Shown: positions 36,751 to 51,700 of the stretch, piece by piece
How the letters are laid out: every line of letters starts with the position of its first letter
How positions within the stretch are numbered: the first letter of the stretch is position 1
NCBI GenBank assembly: GCA_964247055.1
Contig: OZ176056.1
Location: forward strand, 4,030,001 to 4,094,000
DNA: 64,000 bases
Direction: 5' to 3'
From: Paragordius varius
Taxonomy: Eukaryota > Animalia > Nematomorpha
The notes under the pieces: generated by a model
Databases searched by the model: none
What the model was told of the DNA's origin: nothing
The model's input: only the letters and a program-made list of their open reading frames with translations
Made by a program: the position numbers and the translations under genes

Positions 36751-39700
36751 TCATTTATGATGTCCTCCACTTGATGAGGTCGGTTCTACGGCTATTTCAA
36801 ATTTATATTCCTGGTCACAACCCATGTAAGCGTCCGACATGAAAAAGAGTGTATAACTGGCCGTCGTCTTACTATGTTCCTTTTCCCCCGAGTTAGATGG
36901 TAAGTTGGGTATATTAGCTATGAAATCAAGTTTGGCCCGCACACGTTGCTGTAGCGTTAATCGTTTAATTGATATTAGGGCATTAGTTTTTTGATCACCA
37001 ATCACTAACCACCAACCTTCTTCACGTTTCTAAAAGTAAAACCATATATACCATTTACATTTTAAATTCACCCTTGAACAATTCAAATTCACCCTAATAA
37101 ATTATGTGTTTCGAACTAATATAACTCATTAATAATATGAAATAATCTTTATGGCATAATATATTATTTTTTCAGTATTATTTTACTTTAAAACAAAATT
37201 TTTATTTTTAAAAAATATATAAAATATAGGTAATTTTTGATCTTAAAAAACATATATTTAATTCGAGGGTGAATTTGAATTGTAAATGGTATATATAAAA
37301 CTTAAATATCTTTGACAAAAAATTACCCTATATCTCATATAAATTTAATTTGTGAAGAAAATAAAAACTTGTGGGAAAAATGGGGCCAAAACATTCCCAT
37401 ACATTTCGTCTTCGCGTTCCAAATTAACTACCACATTTACAGTGTCTCCCCTATAATAAAATGTGATAATGAATAAGGGTAAGAAATACAAAAATATATT
37501 AAAATTAAAAAATATAAGTGTAGAACACCTTTAAACTTTAAAATCAATTAGTTTTATAAATAACCTTTTCAGCGTTACAAATAATTTGTAATCGCTATAG
37601 TTATATGCAATTCGCCACAAACTAGGTATATATTTTTAATTATGATGGGTCAAACAGAAATTATAATTTATTCACATAACGATATTTAATAAATTTATAA
37701 CAGATGAGATTTTACAAAAAGCGCAATTCTCGATTTACAAAAAAAGTGACATGATGCGAATAACGAACATTTTCCAAAATAAAGTAAATATGAGAAAAAA
37801 CAATCCCATTTTCTTTTATTGGAACAAACAAAATTAATAAATTGATTTAAAAAATTATTTCATACTGCGCAAAAACTGGTATTTTCTTATGCTTAGACGT
37901 TTCATGGTCCGCATTTAATGATTCATCATCATCAGCGGTGGTATTTTCATCCGTCAAGACTTGGAAACGTAGTTCAATGTTTGGGTATCGATTACAAAAT
38001 TTGGCCACATCAACCATTTGAGGCTCACTCATTTGCAGCAAGGCATTGCGTGCATCATCTTCCAGTTCGGTGACATCAAAAACACTTTCTACCCCCTTAC
38101 GGCGTATAATATATATAAATATAATTTAGAATTTTATAAAGCAAGGTCGGTTTGATTTGACTAACCGATTGGTAAAGCGTTTTTTATTATATCATTTATA
38201 TGTATTTCTCCTGAATACAAATTACTCTACTTCCATGATAAAATTAAATATCATTTCAGAACCATAAATAAAAATTAATATAATCGTGTAATTATGTAAT
38301 AAACTATCCTGTTTATAGGCTTGAGTCTGACTGAACGGTAAATACAAAGAATATCACAAGTGATCCAGTCATCATTTTCTTAGTGAAAATGTGGAAATTG
38401 TTTTAACTAATTGCATTTGGCCAAAGCCCTAACTCTCTCTCTTATATAAACAATTTTCATCACCTTTTCTTGACACCGTTTTATGTGTCGGTCATCAAAA
38501 TGTAGATGTTCTAAATAACTGTTTTTAGTTAGATATAAACCCCATTTTACACATAAACCTTTCATAAACTTTATTAATTTTAAGCAAATTGCCAACGTTT
38601 TATGATTAAAGCATCAAAGTGTGGACTTTGTTTTAGGAAAATATATTTAGACAAAATTCCTTTTTGAATTAACAACTTTTACAAAAAATTAAATTTAACC
38701 TGTTCTTGACACCATTTAAAGAGTAAGGCATCAAAGTGAGAAATTTTTTTTATGGTACTTGTATTTTATTACTTATACTTCCCATTTTTAGTTTAACATA
38801 TAATCTACTTTTATAACATAATTCGTTTTTTATAATCAGATTCTTATGTTTCGTTTCGAAAAAAATCTCACCTGTTCTTGACACCGTTTTATTAGCGGGG
38901 CATCGAAATGGGGTATTTGTTTAAGGTAACTGTCTTTGTTCCACATAGCTTGGGTAACCATTTGACAAAGCTCCATACCAGCCAAAGCTGGCCATAACCA
39001 ACCATTGCTGGAACTGACATCAACACACGCTTGGATTAAACGGATACACTAAATTGATAAAATTTTAAAATTGAAATTTATTTTTAAAACATATAACAGA
39101 ATTATTTACCTTATAAAGATCTGAATTAAAAGTTTATTTTTTATTAACAAAAGAATTTTGTTTCATCTCGTCACACATCAAGCTTTATAAAAATATTTAG
39201 AGTAAAATTTGACTATTGTAGCCATTTTTTAATAAAATTTTGAATATTTATACTTAATTTCAGAGCCTTAACATATAAATGAGTTAAATTTTTTTATAAA
39301 TGTTAAAATTATTCTTGTTCTAACCAAACAATAAAACATTTATTTTAGCACATATTCGTAACTGTTAAGTTTAAAAAATATTTTTGTGGTCACCATATTT
39401 TAGCTAAATCATTATAATTATTCTTAATTCATTGAAAAAATTTATTACAAATTTATCAAAAATTAAGATACATTATTTCTAATAACGTACAAATGAGACA
39501 TATCTTTTTGCATAATGAGATGCATACCAAACATTGATATTTTAAATATTTGAATGATCTGATATGTAAAAAAAAATCAAGTTTCCATATTTACTAATTC
39601 CTTATTATGCAACTTGAGGTATTAATTTTAAAATAAGCTATAAAAATCTAGATAATTATTCCATTTACCATATTAAAATATTACCATCAGTTTAAAAATA

Positions 39701-42700
39701 AAAATCCAACCTTGGTTAATATTTCCTCAGTATCACTCTGTAATTCAGACGAAAGTTGCATACGTGATAAATGGGCTTGAAGCAAGAGATTTGTTTTGAC
39801 ATGCGGATCAGTAAATTTCGAACTACTAGTTAACTTATATTCCACTTTAGTAGCAAGCTGTTTTAAAAGAATACAGAAATAACTTAAAACATATAATATT
39901 AGAGTAAAAACTTTAAAACACTACATCTGTCATAAGTATTTTATACTTTATTCGTACTAAATTGTTTGGTGTTTATAAAAATTTATTACATTATATAAAT
40001 AAATACATTAAAAATTATTCAACATATTTAATACCTGTTTCAAGATATTTTCTTCATGGTGACGGATAGGGATATTATCATATTCCGAAGCATTACTTAT
40101 AATTTCAATCAAACCACGGAGTTTAGTTTTTGCCGAAAGGCTCATACTAAATAATTCTATAAACCCATGCAAAAAAGAGGATTTTAGAGAAATAATTGAA
40201 ATATATTTCATGAAAAATATTAAAACTTACAGTAGTATCAAAAAACTAAGTTTAAGTGATATCAAATAAGTAAAACTTTTAACCGATTTCTTAATCATAT
40301 TAATAAAACAATAAACCCTGAAAAACAAATATAGAAAACTAATTTAACCGTAATTAAATCCTAAAAACTCGGCGTTTCATAATACCAAACCATAAATTAA
40401 AATCAAAATTTGTTTTAAAGACAAAATAATTTTTTAAATATTAAACAATAAAAGCAATAAAATCAGAGAAACATACAACACAAAGTAACAATCATAATTA
40501 ACACTTAATTGATTGCTCTATGATTCCAGTTTCATTTTTTGAGTTTTACTAAAACTCAAAAATACCCATATATACAGGACTTTTTAAGCATTTAAAATCA
40601 AATTCTAACACATATCTTGATAAAATATATATCTAGAAATAACATAAAAACCCCAAAAGCACAAAAAAACCCAAAAAGTAAAATAATCGTACCAATCGTA
40701 GTATAATTTATGTAGTAATAAGCAGCAATCATTCCCAAATTCAGAGGGCTAACATCCATTTCATCCTCTACGGCTATACATTTACTTTGTTCCAAATCAG
40801 TTAACGTACTTTCCACCAACTCTGATAAATGGTCACTCAGGTGTCTATGCGTTATACCTGTAATAATTTGATATTGTCGTTAAAAATTAATTATCCAAGG
40901 TAAAAATTATATTTTTATCGAATTAATGTTTGAAAATTTTAAAAAAAATTTAAACTAAGATTATGAAAATCTGATATTCGATATGTTATGCAAGTTTATT
41001 AACTATATTTATGTAATTTATGTAGTAATTTGAATAATGATGTGAAATAATTAATTAATTTTATAATTTAACAATTTTTATTTTATATAATTAAATTTAT
41101 ATGTGTTTACAAATGTTATAGAGATATGGATTAATATTATATATAATTGTGTAATTTTGGTAAAAACTTTATTGAAACGGTTCGGAGTTCATAAAAAATT
41201 ACAAAAAATATTAAAATGAACAGACAAAACAAAAACTAAAATATTTCTTTTTTAAAAAAATTATTGTTTACAAAAAAGATAAAAATAAAACTTATCATTT
41301 GTATTATAAATTAGGGAATAGAGATAAAATATTATTTCACCTAATTATATGCTTAAAAATTTGTAATTAAATAGTTTATGTGTGAAAAATCAAGGTTAAA
41401 TTATAATTACTTTTTATTAAAATATTTGCCTTTAAGTATGACATTTGTCTATTGTATAATTTAAATGAAACTGGAATCCTGCGATTAAATTTGAACGTAT
41501 TTTTATCAATACAAATTTAGTTGTAAGAAATTGCTGTATACCATTTAAAGTAAATCATAATGTTGCAGTTTATATGACTATAAAACTTAATGCATAATGC
41601 AATTTGACAAAAACCCAGGCACCATGTAAATTTATAAACCATTTCTTCCCTATTTTTTTACCTCAAACAAAAATATATAAACAAAATTAACTAAATATAT
41701 AATATCATCCTCATAGTATTATAAAACCTTGTAAATTATAATAGTTTGGGTTTTGTGTCATACGGCGATACAGGAAAGTCCATGTTAAATAATCGACGGC
41801 ATCTTGTTTGTTTTCCACTGTTTTTGTCACAATTTCAGCATTAAAATGATCATGGAGACATGCATCCAAATGACTTTCAATCGGTAACGGATCGTATAAA
41901 AATTTCTTGAAAAAATCTTTCTTACTCGTTTGACAGAGTAATAGGCATTTAGCGGGTGCCCCTAAAAATTTGAAGATAATAATGTTTAATTGCCATTTTT
42001 TCAAATGTTTCTTAAGGCTGGGTAATATATACTGTTAAAATTAACAGTATAGGCTAATAATTTTATATTTACAATATCAAAAAAATTTTACTACACGAAA
42101 ACACATACGTATATTATTGACTTATGTACCAAAAATTGTAAGCATTAAAGAATCAAACAAATTATTATCTAAATAGTGTTGACAATATGTGCAATATAAA
42201 ACATATAAATACATAGATTTCAAGTAATACTCTTTTCAAAAAAGACTTGTGTATAAAAATACAACATATATTTTATTCATATTAATACAGACTTCACATT
42301 TTAGGAAATGACACATATAATATACCTTTTACAGCTCAAATTCACCCTTGAAAATTCAAATTCCCATAAACAATGCAAATTCACGCTCAAACAATTCACA
42401 TTCACCCTAAAATAATTATGTGTTTTTTAAAATCAAAAATTACCTATATTATTTTTATAATTTTATGAAAGAATATATTAATGAAGAGTTATATTAGCTC
42501 GAAAACAAAATTAATAAGGTGAATTTGAATTGTTCAAGGGTTTAAATTGTAAATGTTATATTAAAATAGATTTTTATTTGGATATAAACCCTGATATATA
42601 AGTATTTGGTTTCTAGATATATAGTAAACATTTTTTTAATAAAAATTGTATTTTTTTATAAAAATACTTTTATTTAAAAATACAAATTATGAGTACCACA

Positions 42701-45700
42701 ATGCTAAAAATTTTAGATAATATTGTTAGCATTAATTTTGTCACCCATTCAAAATAATATGACTTGGCTTTATTCAAAAACTCCCACAAAAACATTCATT
42801 ATATCCTCCCTTCCCCCTATAAAAAATCAAAACCATTTTCGATTGAACTACACAAAAAAACGAACCTTTTGATATGACAAATCTAGCACGTCCCAACATT
42901 TGCAAAATATCAGTAACTGGATAATCAGTGTACGCATGTATTCGCCCATCATAAAATTGAGTATCTACAATCACGAGTAAATGTGCCTGCAGGGTTGATA
43001 AGTGCCAAGCTAAAGACCTTACTGCTATAAGGACCTGAAAGGAAATAATTTAAATTTAATTTGAATTAAAACTGTAAATTACTTGACTTACACTAAAAAA
43101 ATGATATTATACGGACAAAATGTAAAAATATAAAGACAAATTTTTTTTTTAAAAAAAGACAACCATTTTTTTATAAATCTTAATTTTTGACATAAAAATC
43201 ATTTAATTGAATTCCTAAAATACATAATTGATTGTGTTACCAATATACATCTTTATTATATAATACCCAGTTTAAAACAATAATTTATGACTAAAATAAA
43301 CAAGATCTAAAATGTATGGGTGTCTTTTAGAAAAAAATATATGTCTCTATATTATTACGTTTTGTCCGTATAATTTCAATTTTGACTTATATAGAGCGGG
43401 TAATATCTATTTTTATAGTAAAATTTACAATTAGAAAAAAACCAAACGTAATATCTAAAAGATATTTAGCCACACTTAATTTTCTTATTTTTACAGCATA
43501 TAATATATGATTATAATAATAAAAATAATATAGTAGGTTGTGAATTTACGTCTCGATTTCGCATTTTACGACTTAAAACATTAAATTAAATAAAAAAAAT
43601 GGGTTTAAGGGTATCTTAATATATATATATATATATATATATTAATTATCATAACTTCAAACTGTATATTTATAGATAAAATTTTTACTTGACCAGTTAG
43701 ATATAAATATATGACCAATTTATATTTACAATAATAAAAATCAATAAAATTATAAAAACATTAAATTATATACACTGTGTAATGTTTAAATAAATTGTTT
43801 TATATCATGTAAAAATTCTAAAAAACTTATTTGAAAAATAGTTAATTTTATTTTTATTTATATAATATTACGTTTGATTGATGATTCATTAATACCACGA
43901 TACTGCATTAATAAGCAGCGGTCAGTCCGGTTTTTACTTAAAAAGCCAAAAATCCAACCCTAATAATGTCTAAATTATGCCCTCTTTAGAAACAAAAAAT
44001 TTAATTAATTTAAAGCAAATATTCAATAATTTAAATAAATATAATAATTCCATATTTATTTTGAATTAAATCATTTGAATGACTCAAATCTGATAATATT
44101 TAGTCGTATTTGATAATTTCGGACTTTATATTTTATAATCTGAAAAGTAAATAAATTTAAATCCGATCAACTGTATATTTAATTCAGAGGTGTCCAACAC
44201 ATATGAAATATATATATAAATAATTTATTAGATATAACAACATAAGACAGTGTAAAACGCAAGCGAAATGTAACAATTATTTCTAGTTCTTACCAATCGG
44301 ATGATTAACTTATATTAATGAATTGTTAAAAATTATATCAATTTCATTAATTTTGTAAGACTATTTTTGCCAGAAATGAAATTATAAATTATTCGCGGGC
44401 CTCTTACTTTAAATACTGTGAGTTTCTTACCCCAAATAAGAAAGGAAAACAAAATATTTTAAAAGAAAAAAAACCTGTATAGCTCCAGCCGAATAAAGAT
44501 GTTTCACAATTTTTTGTTCAATGGTGGAAAGTCCTTCATGCATATAAGCTACCCCATGGGCCATAGTTTCTTTCAAAGTCTATAATATAATAGTTTTTTT
44601 ATATAGAAATAAACAATATATTTCCATTGAAATACAAAAAAAAGTACTAAAAAAATTTGACAAATGTTGGATATTTTTCAAAAAACTTAATGAAAACTGT
44701 AAATTAGTGATAATATTGTGAGATAAATTCAGCAAGAATCTGATTTCTGTGAATGATATTTAATAATAAAAAACTAACCTTTAAAAAATTTTTTTTTACT
44801 ATTTTGACATATTCCTCTCTGAACGTATTATTTGAAAATTCCCGTGTGTATAATTTTATATATATATATATATTTTATTTACAGTTCCAATTCACCCTTG
44901 AACAATTCAAATTCACCCTAAAAATAAATTGTGTTTTCGATTTAATATAACTCATTATCAATATGAAATATATCTTTATGGCATAGTTTATTATTTTTTA
45001 GTATTATTTTAATTTAAAACCAAATTATTTTTTAAAAATAAATAAAAATATAGGTACTTTTTAATCATAAAAAACAATAATTTATTGTAGGGTGAATTTA
45101 AATTGTTCGAGGGTGAATTTGAATTGTTCAAGGGTGAATTTGAACTTAATGGTATAAATGAGATTTTTTTAAAAAACAGTATTATATACCTTGTCCTGTA
45201 TTTTAGCTAGGTAGGGATCTAATTCAGCCAAAGTTATGTGAGGTCCAACAAAGTTACGATCTTCGGCAGAGGCCATACTAAGGATTTCACACGCAGTTAC
45301 TTTACTTTGTTTTCTATATTTATAAATAGGTTTTTTAATAAAATATCTGTATTAAAAAGTAACTAAAAGAACTGTTTTAAATATATATTACAATTTTTTG
45401 CCATTAATCAACAAATTTATAGGTATTGAACTATAAAAGATAACATTGAACAATAAAAAAAATCCAAAAAATTAAAAAAATGTTTGGAATCTCTTAATAT
45501 TTAAATATCTTTAAAATATTTATCGTTAAATAATAAGGATAATTTTATATTAATCTTTCAATATTCAAAAGATGTTATTTCAAAAGATTTAAAAAATAAA
45601 TTGATAAAAATATCATACCTATCAGCAACGAAAACTAGGACATTTCGTGCAGGGTTAGGTAAACTTTCTTTGAAACCAATACTACCCGGTCTACGGGAGG

Positions 45701-48700
45701 GGTATGCGGCATGCTTCAAAATACCCAAATACAAGGGTTTAGCCATGGCCAGGAGTCGAGATGGTGTGTGTGATATGTTAAAACCCTAAGGGAAAAATTT
45801 ACAAAAATAGGATTTAAAAAAAAAATTATTTCGGCAGCACAAATGTTAAATTCGGCAACAAAGTTATTTCTAATACAAAATTTATAATGCGATCGATTAG
45901 TATCTATTAATAAATCAATGTTATATAAATATATTAAAACAGTAAGAAACAAAATACTGTCGTTAAAAAGTTCATTTTAAAATTTTTTTTAGATCTGATT
46001 CAATTATTAATTTAACTTAAATAAATATATAATAACATAATTCCATTACTATTTTTCGAGACATATATTAACGATAAAAATCCCTAGGAATGAAATATTT
46101 GCGGTTAAAAGATAATTAAAGAAATTTTATATCTGCACCAAAGTAATTTGATTAGATGTAAAATTTTCTAATAATTCCAATTTTGTAAAACATATTTTAT
46201 ACCACCAATAATTACGTTATTTATAAATTAAAAAAAATATTAAAACACTGGATACAAATAATATTTGCTTTAAATAGGAGCTCAAAAGTTTTTAAAAAAC
46301 TCGATAAAGTCAAAAACAACAAAAGTCAATAAAACCAAACAATCTTACGTACCTGGAGTAGTTTAAAAAAATGAAATTAATGTAGTTTGAGTTTACAATT
46401 TCGCTTGATTAATAGACTTCACCATAATAAATCATATATAGATAAAAAATGATACATGGTTGATTGTCACTATACTCAAACACTTTAATATAAGCAAAAT
46501 ACTCAAATTCTTTGCAATATACCTGGATGTGAGTTTCCAAAGGTACCGGTCTAGTGTTTGGGTGAAAGTTAAAGGTATTTTGAGTCGGACAACCTAACCA
46601 TTGACCAACATCACGTGCACATGCTAAGCTATAACTTAGTGCTATAATACGCATCCTTGGAGCGGATGAATTAGAAAGAGTGTTTGCTTTTGATGAAGGG
46701 TCTGATGCATTTTGAGATTGAGACTGTTGTTGTAATTGAGAACTAATGTATCTCATACGAGAACATATAACTTCAATGTGTGGCTAAAATATATATATAT
46801 AATTTGGTGGTACATTTTTCTAGATTCACAGTTTAATATTCAGTTTTTTTGTGATTAGACTTCACCCAATATAGATATTGATGAAAAAAATTCTTTATAA
46901 TGTTAACTCAAATCTCAAAACATTTCTAGATTATATGCGTAAAATTAAAAGACAAATTTACAAAAAACAAATCGAAAATTTAAATACAGCTAAAATGCAT
47001 TTTTTAATAAATTGATATTATATTTTTAACAATACAAAGTACATTATACTAACTATATATAAATGTAATTTAGAATGATAAATTACTATCATTTTCACCT
47101 ATATTCTTGCAAAACTATTTGATTTATACATTATAAAACTAAAACCAAATGTTGCGTTAACAAAAAGAGCTAAAAATATTAAATATTCATATTTCATCCA
47201 AAAAGTTAAAATTTTTCTTTAAAAAATTTGGAAATTATTACCCCCTCAGGTCCACCCATTAAATGTAATTCATCAATGATGAACAGTCGAACATTTTGAA
47301 TATTTTTTCTTTGTTTCCAACGTCTGGATAAAATGTCCCATTTCTCAGGCGTACCAATTATAATATTTCCCTAAATAATAATTTAACTTTTAAGTTTAAG
47401 TTAAATTAATATATATATATATATATATATTTAAAATATTTCAACATATATTATAGTTATTTAAGTAATTAATAAATAGACTCATAAAATATGGTTGAAT
47501 ATAATTTTTACTTTTGCTAATAATTTGAGATCAGTCGCCGTTTCTCCGGTCAAAATTACAACTTTCTTGTCTAACAGTGTACCAAATTTGTGTGACCAAT
47601 CTGTATGAACCTAAAAATATGAAAAATGAAAAAAAACTTGCGCGTAATTCAAAGCAAAAAAAGCTAGTTTCGAAAACCGCCAGATATTATTTTTTTAGAA
47701 AATTATATTTTGTTATTTAAAGAAGGGGTGTAGTATTCAACACGCTTTTTTCGTTACACAAAAATGCTTTAAAAATGTTAAAAATAAAAAAATTATATCA
47801 ATTTCAAAAATTAACTACTATTTAAAATATATAATCATCTAAAATTAAGTTTGAAATGAACAAATAAAAATAATCATAGCAGCCCGCGACCTAGATTCAA
47901 AGAATACAATCTTTCACTTAATAAAATATAATTCCTTTGATTCGAAAATATTTACCGTTTCATATCCATAAAATTAATTTTCAAATTGAAAAAACTGTTT
48001 ATATCCATAAAACCAAAATCTGTAACCAAAATCTAAAAAAATAGTGGGAAAAAAGGGGTATTTTACCAATTTTCCCATTTTGTTACCGAAATCTCAAAAA
48101 AATTCAATATCCAAAAAATTGTTTAAATTCCAAAACGTACATATATATATAAAAATATATACCTGTTCTGCCAATGTTTCATGAGGTGTTATATATACAG
48201 CTTTAACATCACCCCCGCCATGGGTTGTTGTTGAATTCGAAAATAACCGGAGTAAGGCAAACTCAGCACAAACCGTTTTTCCACTGCCTGTTGGAGCGCC
48301 AACCAAAACATTATCATCCGAATTGTAGAGAGCATTAAAAACTGTGTGTAAAATACAATAAATATAGTAACAAAAAATCGAAAACTTATGTATGTTTTTT
48401 TACATTTTAAAAAATAAAATTTATTATAACTATATATGATGAAAATTAGAGGTCTTTTCCTTCAAGCTTAGTGTGTTTATTTTCTCGAGTAACCCATATG
48501 AGACGATTAAAGTATTCATGTGAGAATATATAAAAATTTTTGCACTAATAGTAATATATAAACAGCTAGCTTTTCATTAAAACAGTGTATAATACAATAA
48601 TTACACTACATAGTATAAATTATATTAATGGTAAAGTCACAGTTTTATATATAAGGGAAAGTTAAAAATTACTAAATTTAAATTCCTATTTTTTAAATAA

Positions 48701-51700
48701 ATTAGCCAATGAAAGATATAAGATTGTTATAATACATAATTTTAAATGTCTTAAAACCAAAATAACTAACCCTGCTTAAAAAGGCTAAATAAATCATCTC
48801 AAAAAACGTTAACTTTTATTTACAATAAAAATTATAGCTAAAAAACCAAACTCTTTTTCAAAAAATTTAGCATATTAATCTACTTTTTTAAAGTATATAT
48901 TGGCAGGCATATATTTATTTTTTTAATTTGGTTTATCTAATCTGACCTAATACAATATTCAAAATTCAAACTTGAACCATTTTTAATCAAAAATAGTCAC
49001 AAAACTATAACCATAGAGAAAAAATATGATTCCCGCAATATTAAAGCCAAAAACGGTTCAAGTTTCATCCTAAATTATATATACCATTTACAGTTCAAAT
49101 CACCCTAAAAATAAATTATGTGTTTTTGAACTAATATAACTCATTATTAATACAAAATATATCCTTATGGCATAGTTTTTTTATTTTTTAAGTATTATTT
49201 TAATTTTAAACAAAATTTGATTGGTTAATTTAAAAATAGGTAATTTTTAATCTAAAAAAACATAATTTATTTGAGGGTGAATTTAAATTGTTCATCAAGG
49301 GTGAATTTGAATTGTTCAAATGGTATATTAACTAAAACTAATCATCTATAAAATAGAACCAATTGTATCAAGGTAAAAAAACCTACCTTGAGTTTGTATA
49401 GGATTAAAGTATGTAATTTTATCCTTGTAAAGGACTTCAAAACTTGGATCTCTCAGCGCAGATACTGGCAGGGGTTGTAAATCCAATAATTCCGTTGGTG
49501 GAGCAAACTTTTCAGGCAATAATAAATGACGAAAACTGACGGGTAACAAGGTTTCTGATGCTATAAAACATAAAGGGAAAAATATCGATAAAATTTTATT
49601 GAGTAATTTAACATTAATAAAACCAAGTTTTTGGAGTTAAAAAACTTATAAAATAATAGGGATAATAGACATAAAAGATATTTTTTGTTTAAAATCTTAA
49701 TTTTTTATGAATTTACAATAATTTTTAAAAATTCAAATTATAAAAGATATGGATTACCTAGCCATTTGTCTGAAACTACACGTATAAAATATTGTGGAGG
49801 CAAGGGTTCAAAAATTGGCACAAAAAATGTAATTATATGTTCATCTTGAGCGTATTTCCTACAATCAGGAAGTTAAAAAATTTAAAATTATTTTGGAAAC
49901 TATATTAATATATAACAAAATAAAAAATAATTATATTTAACTACAAAATAAATTCTTTTTTTTCTCAAAAACAATGTAACTTTTTTTTAAAATAAATTAT
50001 GAAAACTTACGCCTTCAATAAAAAGTATTCGTAATGCAAAATCAATTCTCCATCAACATCTTCAACAATGATCCAAAATGACTGTATAAAAAATATATAA
50101 AATAAAAATTTTTTATTAAAAATTGTTAACAAAAGAACATTAACAGTTGGCTTACTTCAGTGTTCCCATGTATTTTTTCCTCCCAAATGAAATCGGGTGT
50201 TATCGTTAGTTCTATACGCAGTGTAGATCTAGTTATGGGCTAAAAAGTCATAAAATCTATTAAAGTCGAATATTAGCAAGAAATTGTTATGAAATAAATC
50301 ATTATAAAAATTAACATATAAAGTTTTAAAACAACTACTCTGTAGATTTAAAATATATTATGTAAAAATACAACATAATATCCAAAAATTTTGCAATATG
50401 TTACATTTAATTAATCCAATCACAAATTGGGAAAAAACTAATTAAAACAAAAAATTGGCCTCATATTTAATAAAAAAAATACCCTGCATATGAGTAGCAA
50501 GTTCAAATTTTGATGTCCAATAAGCAAATTTATAAACAAAAAACGATAAAATCAATCAAATTTTAGGGTAACATCTCATTTAAAAGCTTATTTACAATAC
50601 ATATTCAAAAATTTTACCCTAATCTAATCTTTCTTAACATTCTGTATATGTAGGAAATTAGTTCTACAGTATGCATTATGGATAATAAAATATAATAATG
50701 TCAAATTGGTTTAGAGCTAAAAACATCCAAACAAATCCACCAATCAATATTTTTACTAAACCTTACATTTGCAAAAGAACAAAAGATTTAAAAATACGAA
50801 AAAAAGGTTATAAATTACCTGTATATGAGTAGCTAGTTCAAGTTTTGGTATACAATGTGCAAATTTATGTACAATCTTTCCTAGCTTAGCGGGCACACGT
50901 AACAGTTCAGTTATTTCACGGGCCTCCAAATCCAACAGGCGTGTCCAATGAAAATGTTTTTTCTCAAGTTTTTTCACGAGTGATTCATTCATACCCGCTG
51001 TACTAGCCGCCTGGGTATTAACCGTAGGTGAGAATAGCAATTGACGAAGTGGGCACATTGAAGACCATTGTCTAAAAAAATTAAAGTTTTGAAAAGTTTT
51101 AAAAAGTTTTTTTTGTGGTATTTTTAGCGGAAAAAAAATCGATAGTTTTTCAAAAACAATATATAGAATTATGATAAAAAAGTCGTGTCATAAAATCAAA
51201 TTATACAAGGAATTAAAAGGAAAATATGGGAGAGATTGTTTAGATTTTTGTAATGAATTGAGGGATATAAGAATTTTTACAAAATAATTTATCGATAATT
51301 TTAATTTACGATTGCAATTTTAATTGGTTTTTTTAAACAATATATTACGCCATATTTCGGCACACACCGCTTAATGGAATAAGTAATCAAAATTTATTAA
51401 CATAAAAAAATGTGTAATAATTTTCAGTAAACCATTAAAGTATAATTATAATTTTAGTATCAGTAATGTTATAAATCAAACGGGCTCTTTTAATTGTTCA
51501 TTAGAGAAATAATTGAATTTTATAAAAAAATATATTTTTGTTAAAATTTTAAATAATTATGACTTGTATATATATATATATATATATCTAAAATTTCTAC
51601 ATTTAATAACTCTTTGAATGCCCCCCAAAAAACGCAAAATTAAAATTCAATCTAAATATAAATACCTTTGTGAGACCATTTTGGATAAATTTAGGCATTT

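Noticed and set aside
38255-38380. ATGATGA on the minus strand as a C/D snoRNA box C
   Set aside because: The nearest CTGA is ~120 nt away, with no terminal stem or recognisable rRNA guide.
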